From Spirochaetia bacterium (lineage in GTDB: Bacteria; Spirochaetota; Spirochaetia; SZUA-6; Bin103): DNA of 64,000 bases. The notes beneath the pieces are model-generated. The model was not told the DNA's origin, did not search any database, and saw only the letters and a program-made list of their open reading frames with translations. Position numbers and translations under genes: made by a program. The DNA is taken from NCBI GenBank assembly GCA_965203905.1, contig CBDBDQ010000005.1:4352001-4416000 (forward strand). Reading direction: 5' to 3'. Shown piece after piece: positions 57,444 through 64,000 of the stretch (position 1 is its first letter; each line of letters begins with the position of its first letter).

Positions 57444-59039
57444 TCAGTCTACGACGAAGACCTCGTTGGCGCGCTGCAGGTAGCGCTCGCCGCCGCCCTG
57501 GTGCCACTTCGCCACTACTTCGTCGAAGTATTCCAGGGGCTTGATTCCGGTGATGATCTGAGCGGCCATCGTTTCCAGCGCCTCGTTCTCGATCTCCAGC
57601 AGGATCGGATCGTCGTTCTCGTCCAGGATCGGGAACAGGATCGCCGATGCGGTGTAGTTGTGGGTATTTCGGTCCCAGGTTCCGCCCGGTCCCAGGAACA
57701 CGTTCTCGGCCTTCTTCTCCTCCTGGTTGGAGGTGAACGCTCTGAAGTCCTGATTCCACAGGCCATCCAGCGCGTACCAGTCCCAGATGTTGCCCCACTC
57801 GTAGCGCAATTCCGGCCGTGCCACGATGGTGTAGTCGAGGGTGCCGTCTTCACGCCACCGGTAGCCCTCGCCCTCGCGTCCCCAATGGGTCAGCAGGTAC
57901 AGCTCCTTGTCCGTGTTGAGATCCTGCCCCAGCTTCATGATGCGGTACATCTTGTCGCGCTCCTGCTCCAGGTGCACGCCAAACGACATTCCGGTGTTGG
58001 TGATGTTGGGAAAGCGCAGGTGGCGGTATTCATACCCCTCCTGGCGCAGCGGACGCGGCGCCACGACCACTTCCGCACCCGGGTCTCCCGAAACCTCCCG
58101 GACGGTGTTTTCCAGACCCATGTAGAAGCGGCCGAAGCCGGTCCAGTTGTCGGTCAGGGTGAGTCCCTCCTCGAATGCTCCCGCCTTCGCCTGGGCATCG
58201 TTGGTGATCCACTCCGGATCGATGTACCCGTTTGCATACCAGTCCCGCAGCACGGCCAGCGCCGCTCGCGTCTCCGGCAGCACCGAGCCGTACACGACTT
58301 CGCCGTCCTTGTTGTAATACTGGTTCCAGATGGTGCCGTGGGCATAGAACACCTCGCTGAAGCTGCGCGAGAAGGTCATGCCGCTGCCGGTGTACGGGTA
58401 CTTGTTCGGGTTGGCTTCCTTGAACGCCGCGAATACCTCGCTCATGCCGTCGATCGTGGATGGCGGCTCGTCGAACCCCAGGTCTCGCAGAATATCCATC
58501 CGCCACACGTAGAAGTGCACCGAGTATTGCCCCGGGCGATACAGCAACAGGGGAAATACCTGCATGTGGCCGGGATGGATGGAGGACATGTTGGAGATCG
58601 CCGCGTCGCTTCCCAACGCTCCCAGCAGCATCTTGTATCCATGCGGCCGATGCTGCTTGAACTCCTCCATGGTGACCCTGGCGGCACCCTGCTGCACCAG
58701 CTTCGAGGTCCTGTCGCCCGCTCCGAAGAACACGTCCGGCATGGTGCCGGCCGCCAACAGCGTCGTCAGCCTCGGGATGATGTCGGAACGCGACGGCACC
58801 GACGTCATCTTGAAGGTGACGTTGTAGCGCTCTTCCACCTCCTTGATCACGTACGCGTCCGGACTCGGCGCCCCCCGATTCAACAGCCAGAAGATCTCGT
58901 AGTGTTGATCCTCCGGCTGCGCCGCCGTCTCCGCCGCCGTCTCCCCGGTGGCGGCGGCGAACAGTGGACCGCCGAGGAACACCAGGTATGCGGCCGCGAT
59001 CAGCAGACAGCGTTCATGTCTCACAGCTATGCTTCTCAT
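57444..59039 (-). CDS. Sugar ABC transporter extracellular solute-binding protein (LplA-like)
   Basis: Signal peptide; LLAAGTMPD, RMDILRDLG..PSTIDG, WYANGYIDPE, IITG..FDEVVAKW..GG; start 59039 after GGAG. Confidence 0.9.
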   Translation of the reverse strand: MRSIAVRHERCLLIAAAYLVFLGGPLFAAATGETAAETAAQPEDQHYEIFWLLNRGAPSPDAYVIKEVEERYNVTFKMTSVPSRSDIIPRLTTLLAAGTMPDVFFGAGDRTSKLVQQGAARVTMEEFKQHRPHGYKMLLGALGSDAAISNMSSIHPGHMQVFPLLLYRPGQYSVHFYVWRMDILRDLGFDEPPSTIDGMSEVFAAFKEANPNKYPYTGSGMTFSRSFSEVFYAHGTIWNQYYNKDGEVVYGSVLPETRAALAVLRDWYANGYIDPEWITNDAQAKAGAFEEGLTLTDNWTGFGRFYMGLENTVREVSGDPGAEVVVAPRPLRQEGYEYRHLRFPNITNTGMSFGVHLEQERDKMYRIMKLGQDLNTDKELYLLTHWGREGEGYRWREDGTLDYTIVARPELRYEWGNIWDWYALDGLWNQDFRAFTSNQEEKKAENVFLGPGGTWDRNTHNYTASAILFPILDENDDPILLEIENEALETMAAQIITGIKPLEYFDEVVAKWHQGGGERYLQRANEVFVVD

Positions 59040-59163
59040 TTGCAACTCCAGAGCACCCGAAGTACCGCAACGTCGGAACGATCTCACGACAGGGACCGAT
59101 GCGCCATGCTCTAGGACATTCGGGGCGGACCTCCTCTTTGCGCTCTGGCACGCGCCTTCAGGT

Positions 59164-59218
59164 GGCTCATGCGGCGGCTCATGCGGATTGCGGCTCAGGC
59201 CGGTTACGGCTCATGCCG
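59164..59218. repeat. Four copies of a GGCTCATGC-like motif in the permease-SBP intergenic region
   Basis: GGCTCATGCGG (59164, 59176), GGCTCAGGCCG (59192), GGCTCATGCCG (59208). Confidence 0.75.
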
Positions 59219-59289
59219 AAGTACTCGGGTGCAGCAGACCCTTGTACCTCATAGCTGCCGGGCTGTCAAATTGGAAACGCGCTGCGTCC

Positions 59290-59314
59290 GGCGGCGGCAC
59301 GGGCAGCCGTCGCC
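59290..59314 (-). terminator. Hairpin just after the permease stop
   Basis: GGCGGCGGC / GCCGTCGCC stem with one imperfect pair and a 7-nt loop; no U tract. Confidence 0.3.
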
Positions 59315-59322
59315 AACGGCGA

Positions 59323-60225
59323 CTAACCTCGCAACGAGCCCAGCATGATCCCTTTCACGAAGTGGCGCTGCAGAAACGGATAGACACACAGGATCGGAAC
59401 GGTCACCACCATGAGCATGGCCGCCTTCAGGCTCTCGGGGATGATGTAGATGCCCTCCTCCTCCTCCATCATCGCCAGGATGGCCGCATCGTCGAGCAGA
59501 TCCCGCAACAGCTCCTGCGATGTAAGGATCTCTCGGAGAATGATCTGAACCACCTGTTTCTCGGGATCGATGATGTAGATCATGGAATCGAACCAGGCGT
59601 TCCAATGCCCGACCGCGGTCCACAGCACGACCACGGCAATGACCGGCTTCGACAACGGCAGCACCAGGCGAAAGAAAATCGTGACATCGTGGGCGCCATC
59701 GATCCGCAGGCTCTCTTCCAGGCTGACCGGCAGGCTCATCATGAAGTTGCGGATGATGAAGACGGTGAACGGCGATACCAGGATCGGCAGGATCAGCGCC
59801 CAGCGGGTATCGATCAGGCCGAGGTTCCGCATCAACAGGTAGGATGGGATCAAGCCACCCGAGAAGAACATCACGAACACCAGCAGGCTGGTCCAGAGAT
59901 GGCGCAGGATGAAAGTTCGCTTGGACAGCGGGTAGGCCATGGCGGTCATGGTCAAGGTAGCCATGGCAGTGCCCGCCACCGTTCGTATGATGGTGTTGAG
60001 GTAGCCCGAGTACAGTCCCGGATATTCGAGGACTCTGCGATACGCGGTAAACGTTACTTCGGTGGGGAAGATGCGCATCCCCAGCCCCTCGAGGCGTCTC
60101 GCGGGACTCAGCGAAATCGTGATCTGATTCAGAAACGGAACCAGTATGGTGACACTGAACAGCACCAGAAACAGGACGTTGAAAAAGTCGAATACCAGGT
60201 CTCCGCGGGTCTTACCAGACGCCAT
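59323..60225 (-). CDS. Carbohydrate ABC transporter permease (LplC-like)
   Basis: AYPLSK, FSGGLIPSY, SLEESLRIDGA, WNAWFD, YPFLQRHFVKG. Confidence 0.94.
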   Translation of the reverse strand: MASGKTRGDLVFDFFNVLFLVLFSVTILVPFLNQITISLSPARRLEGLGMRIFPTEVTFTAYRRVLEYPGLYSGYLNTIIRTVAGTAMATLTMTAMAYPLSKRTFILRHLWTSLLVFVMFFSGGLIPSYLLMRNLGLIDTRWALILPILVSPFTVFIIRNFMMSLPVSLEESLRIDGAHDVTIFFRLVLPLSKPVIAVVVLWTAVGHWNAWFDSMIYIIDPEKQVVQIILREILTSQELLRDLLDDAAILAMMEEEEGIYIIPESLKAAMLMVVTVPILCVYPFLQRHFVKGIMLGSLRG

Positions 60226-61135
60226 GGCTGGTAGCCCCCTTGACGACCCTGTTGGCGACGATCAGAAGGATGAACGCGATGATCCCATTGAAGACCCCGA
60301 CCACGATGCCCTGCTCGAACTTGCCGCCCGCAAGGCCGACGCGATACACGTACGTTTCAATGACGTCGGATACCTCGAACACCAGGGGATTGTAAAGGTT
60401 GAAGATCTGATCGAAGTTCTCCGTGAACAGCCCGGTCAGGCTGAAGATCAGCAGGATGCTGGTGACGGGAAGCATGTGGGGGAGGGTGATGTGGAGTGCC
60501 TTGCGCAACCGGTTGGCGCCGTCGATGTCGGCAGACTCGTACAGCTCGGGGTCGATGTGGGCGATGCTGGCAAGGTAGATGATGGAACCCCAGCCGATGC
60601 TCTTCCACATTCCGGAGACCACCAGGACGCCGCGGAAGTAGCGCGGATCGGCCAGCAGATAGGGTGATTCCAGGCCCACCAGCCGGGTGAAGAAGGGAAA
60701 GATGCCGCGACTGGGGGAGAGCACCTCGATGACCAGGCCGGAGACGATGATCCAGGACAGGAAGTGGGGCAGGTAGCTGATCGTCTGCACGACGCCCTTG
60801 AACTTCGCGTTGGCCAGCTCGTTGATCAGCAGCGCGAACAGGATGGTGCCGGGGAATCCGACCAGCAGGCGGTACGAGCTGATGATCAGGGTGTTGGCGA
60901 TCAGGCGCCCGAAAATCGGTTGGGTAAAGATCCGGAAGTGACTGAGTCCGACCCAGGGGCTGCCCCAGATGCCGTCGGCGAAGATGTAGTCCTTGAAGGC
61001 GAGCTGGAGCCCGTAGAGGGGTCCGTAGGAGAACACGAATATGGCCGCCATGCCGGGCAGAAACAGGATCAGAAGGAAGCGGTCGCGGTTGGCGTGTGCC
61101 AGGAACCTGCTTAATCTGCTGGTCGTAGTCTGCAT
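60212..61135 (-). CDS. Carbohydrate ABC transporter permease (LplB-like)
   Basis: AFKDY, SPWVGL, YLPHFLSW, LYESADIDGA, DVIETYVY. Confidence 0.94.
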   Translation of the reverse strand: MQTTTSRLSRFLAHANRDRFLLILFLPGMAAIFVFSYGPLYGLQLAFKDYIFADGIWGSPWVGLSHFRIFTQPIFGRLIANTLIISSYRLLVGFPGTILFALLINELANAKFKGVVQTISYLPHFLSWIIVSGLVIEVLSPSRGIFPFFTRLVGLESPYLLADPRYFRGVLVVSGMWKSIGWGSIIYLASIAHIDPELYESADIDGANRLRKALHITLPHMLPVTSILLIFSLTGLFTENFDQIFNLYNPLVFEVSDVIETYVYRVGLAGGKFEQGIVVGVFNGIIAFILLIVANRVVKGATSHGVW

Positions 61136-61619
61136 GCCGGGCCTTGGGTGCGCGCGGGTTACGGCGTTGCCACAACGTGGAGCGCAGGCGCATGGATGTC
61201 AAGTCCAAGCGGGAGGACGGGCAGGACGCCGGCGGGACGCTGCCGTCAGGAGCCGGGAATCGCTGGCTGGGCACGGTGCAGCGTTTTCGATCCTGGACTA
61301 CTACCACGCAGCTCGGCACCCCACTGAATTAGTTGCCGGCGTGAGGAGTCGTGTGCGTCAGTCGCGTTCGTGGTCGCGGGCGGGCGTAGCTTACGGAGGG
61401 AGCAACCGTCCTGCCGCCCGCGCGCGTCCCCCGCGCAGAGACCTGCTGATGGGCGAGCCCCGGGCCGCGCGGCGGCCAGGTGACAGGATCGCACCGATAG
61501 CACTTCAGGCATCCACCAGCAGGTTCTGTAGTGGTTCACGAGCGTGGGGCACCTGGCTCACTAACTTTGCCAACGCCGGAAGCGTTGCGGAGTCTCGGTG
61601 TTCGATGCGAGAATACCGT

Positions 61620-61847
61620 ATGTCGCCTCCTCCGTTTTCCGACCTCCTGAAACTCTCCGCGAGCGAGCGAGCCGAGCTCGCGATGGTTCTTTGGGAGAGT
61701 CTGTCTGCCGACGAACGTGAAGCCGAACTGGAACTGAGCCCGGAGGAGGCCGCTGAACTAGATCGCCGATGGAGGGAACACGTCGAGAATCCAGATTCTG
61801 CGGTACCTTGGGATGAAGTGCGCCGGAGGCTACTGGATCGCGAGTGA
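61620..61847 (+). CDS. Addiction module antitoxin (TIGR02574-like)
   Basis: LSASERAELAMVLWESL..ELDRRW..NPDSAVPWDEV; GTGA overlap with the toxin gene. Confidence 0.88.
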   Translation: MSPPPFSDLLKLSASERAELAMVLWESLSADEREAELELSPEEAAELDRRWREHVENPDSAVPWDEVRRRLLDRE

Positions 61848-62136
61848 TCCGTCGCATCGACTTTCGGCCGCACGCCGAGGCGGAAGCTGTTGAGACGCGG
61901 GATTGGTACGAAGGCCGGCGGCACGGACTCGGAGGCGAGTTCCGAGCAGCACTGGAAGAGACAGTCGATAGGATCGTCTCCAACCCGTTCATGTACCCGC
62001 GTGTGCGCGGTGAAACGCGGCGAGCCGTTTTGGAACGGTTCCCTACGCCGTGTACTTCCGTGTGACTGGGGAGGACATTGTGGTACTGGCGGTCCATGGC
62101 CGCCAGAACCCGCGCCGCTGGCAATCGCGATGCTAA
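61844..62136 (+). pseudogene. RelE/ParE family toxin with a 1-nt frameshift
   Basis: MIRRIDFRPHAEAE..WYE..GLG.EF..RRAVLERF, then adding one C at 62041-62043 restores PYAVYFRVTGEDIVVLAVHGRQNPRRWQSRC*. Confidence 0.85.
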
Positions 62137-62252
62137 CGGTCGGACAGGTCGACGCGCCTGCCGACGCCACATCGTTTCGGTGACGTGTGGGTGACGCGAG
62201 CAGGCGACCACGTTCCCGTCGCGATACCTGCAGTGCATCGGGTAACGGACCG

Positions 62253-63032
62253 CTACTGCTGCGCGCGTTGCAGCGGGTCCTGGCGGTAGAATGCCTTGAG
62301 TTGCCGGTAGACGCCGGGGAACTGGCGGTGCAGGGCGGCGGGTTGCTCGAAGAACAGCTCGCTGGTGACGGCGAAGAACTCGGCCGGGCTCTCGGCGGCG
62401 TAGAAGTCGACGGCTCCCTCGCGGCCGCGGCGCTCGTCGTCGCAGAGCCGCTCGTAGGCTTGTCCCAGCTCGCGGTGCCAGGCCGCGGGGTCCATGTCGC
62501 GGTGCAGGGCGGGGCGCCCGTTCATGTCGCCGTCGAGCAGGTCCAGCTTGTGCGCCACCTCGTGGATCACCACGTTGCAGCCGTCACCCCAGCCCGACTC
62601 CTCCACGTCGTTCCAGGACAGGACGATCGGTCCCTCGTCCCAGGCCTCGCCGGCGAGTTCTTCCTCCCACTCGCGCACCACGCCGCCGGCATCGGTCTCT
62701 TCCATCTGGGCGGCGAACTCGCGCGGCAGAAGCACCACGGTGCGCCAGCCGCGGAACCACTCGAAGCCCAAGCCCAGGATCGTTACGCAGGCCTGGGTCG
62801 CCACCACCAGCCGGTAGGGGGCGTCATCCCCCTCCAGGCCGCGTACTTCGAACCGCTTGTGGCGCAGGAAGCGGCCCACCAGCTCCCGCAGCAGCGCGTC
62901 TTCGGCGGGGCTGAGGCCGGCCAGGATCGGATGCTGGTCGCGTATCCAGCGCCACTGCTCTTCCGACACTGACTCCCGCCGGCCGCGGTCGCGGCGCCAG
63001 GGCCAGCGGCGGCCCGATTTACGTTCCGCCAC
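62253..63032 (-). CDS. Zinc-dependent peptidase, M90 family (MtfA-like)
   Basis: GEAW..GPIVLSW, NVVIHEVAHKLD, YAAESPAEFFAV.SE.FFE.P, FYRQDP. Confidence 0.92.
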   Translation of the reverse strand: MAERKSGRRWPWRRDRGRRESVSEEQWRWIRDQHPILAGLSPAEDALLRELVGRFLRHKRFEVRGLEGDDAPYRLVVATQACVTILGLGFEWFRGWRTVVLLPREFAAQMEETDAGGVVREWEEELAGEAWDEGPIVLSWNDVEESGWGDGCNVVIHEVAHKLDLLDGDMNGRPALHRDMDPAAWHRELGQAYERLCDDERRGREGAVDFYAAESPAEFFAVTSELFFEQPAALHRQFPGVYRQLKAFYRQDPLQRAQQ

Positions 63033-63077
63033 GCTGGTGGGCGGGGTCGGGAACGCGCCGGTGGTGGCAACCCGTCA

Positions 63078-63611
63078 TCACCGGGACGGATCCCATTCCC
63101 GGTCCGGCATCCCGGCGGCGTGGTTGGCGACCCGGGCCAGCACGAACAACAGGTCCGCGGCGCGGTTCAGGTAGGCCAGGATCGGCGCGCTGACCGGTTC
63201 CCGGTGGTGCCAGCTCACCACCCGGCGCTCGGCGCGCCGGCAGATGGCGCGGGCCGTGTGCAGGGCGCACGCGAGCGGTGCGCCGCCGGGCAGAATGAAC
63301 CGGGTCAGGCGTGGCAGAGCCGCGTCCGCGGCGTCGATGGTGCGCTCCAGCCGCGCCACCTGCGGTGCCGTCAGGGTGACGCCGGCGGCCGGTGCCCCCA
63401 GTTCGGCACCGATCGCCAGCAGATCCGCCTGTAGCAGACCCAGCTCCCGCCGCAGGGCAGCGTCGTCCGCGTCCGCATGCGCCCTGCCGAGCGCCGCGTT
63501 CAACTCATCCAGATCTCCCAGGGCCTCCACCAGCGGGTCATCCTTGGGTGCCCGAGAGCCCGCGCGCTCGGTTTCCCCGCCGTCGCCGCCGCGAGTATAG
63601 ATCCGTGCCAT
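63078..63611 (-). CDS. PduO-type ATP:cob(I)alamin adenosyltransferase
   Basis: IYTRGGDGGET, GDLDELNA, FILPGG, RAICRRAER, YLNR..DLLFVLAR. Confidence 0.93.
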   Translation of the reverse strand: MARIYTRGGDGGETERAGSRAPKDDPLVEALGDLDELNAALGRAHADADDAALRRELGLLQADLLAIGAELGAPAAGVTLTAPQVARLERTIDAADAALPRLTRFILPGGAPLACALHTARAICRRAERRVVSWHHREPVSAPILAYLNRAADLLFVLARVANHAAGMPDREWDPSR

Positions 63612-63884
63612 GACTCTGGCGCGAATCTGTCACACTCGGCTGTTTCTCGCAACGCGACCGCTACTTGGAACTCTGGTAGCGCTGCTCCGGCTCCTGACGG
63701 CGATGTTCATCCGTATAGCCATAGCGTTGCTTGACCGCTTCCTGTCCCTGCGAGCGCGGCTTGACCACGACCGCTGCGTGCGGCGCCGACACCGACACTC
63801 CGCCACGGGTAACCGTGGCGCAAGCCCCACCGGCTTTCTCGGCGGGTACGGGATCAATGGCTACCTACCAGTCCCCACGTCTCC

Positions 63885-63913
63885 TTGACACCTACGACCC
63901 AAAACGATACGGT
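63885..63913 (+). promoter_or_regulatory. Sigma70-type promoter for a gene beyond the window
   Basis: TTGACA-N17-TACGGT. Confidence 0.5.
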
Positions 63914-64000
63914 CAGCACAGTGCCGGTAGGTGTATCTGGAAGGAAGTCCTAGTGGACCCTGACCTTGAAGGAATAGACTTGGTGGATCGCATTGCCGAC

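Noticed and set aside
61242-63701. 15-bp inverted match GCCGTCAGGAGCCGG (61242-61256 vs 63687-63701)
   Set aside because: Plausible by chance at this GC content; no transposase or target duplication, and it encloses housekeeping genes.
63680-63705. SRP RNA-like TCAGG...GGAGCAGC on the minus strand
   Set aside because: It lacks the GNRA tetraloop and the long flanking helix of 4.5S RNA.
63612-63880. Cobalamin riboswitch upstream of the adenosyltransferase
   Set aside because: No recognisable B12-box or GGGAA/GCCACTG core by eye; an Infernal search would be decisive.

Overview
High-GC bacterial chromosomal window with about 60 genes and no rRNA, tRNA or CRISPR array that I can see. It is most likely from a spirochaete (inference from the infC-rpmI-rplT-zapB-zapA order, the TPR/PilZ-like/tsaE/tsaB block and AGGxE-type N-termini on solute-binding proteins). 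Housekeeping genes: mrfAB-like repair helicase/exonuclease, GH3 NagZ-like hydrolase, lipoate ligase, a Gld-like ABC cassette, tsaEB, infC-rpmI-rplT, metXW, hisHF, cysteine desulfurase-thiI, an M90 peptidase and a PduO-type adenosyltransferase. Catabolic clusters: a peptide-type ABC operon with two tandem binding proteins and an ADP-ribosylglycohydrolase-fold gene; a sugar ABC operon with a propeller hydrolase and a PhyH-Nudix-like fusion; two Gfo/Idh/MocA enzymes; an amidase; two DUF3500 genes. Four small accessory patches are the most interesting parts. (1) About 43.98-46.39 kb: a membrane-anchored LytTR regulator bracketed by clusters of a TTCGCG / CGCGAATTCGCG motif (21/42-bp phasing upstream), each cluster facing a small orphan ORF. 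This is the best candidate for an undescribed system. (2) About 10.5-11.95 kb: an AlbA_2(Schlafen)-HATPase gene followed by a frameshifted, truncated gene remnant. (3) About 52.07-53.62 kb: orphan cargo bounded by IS1-like terminal sequences, including a truncated partner gene. (4) 61.6-62.1 kb: an addiction module whose RelE/ParE toxin is frameshifted. Family names come from motif recognition by eye; no database search was run.
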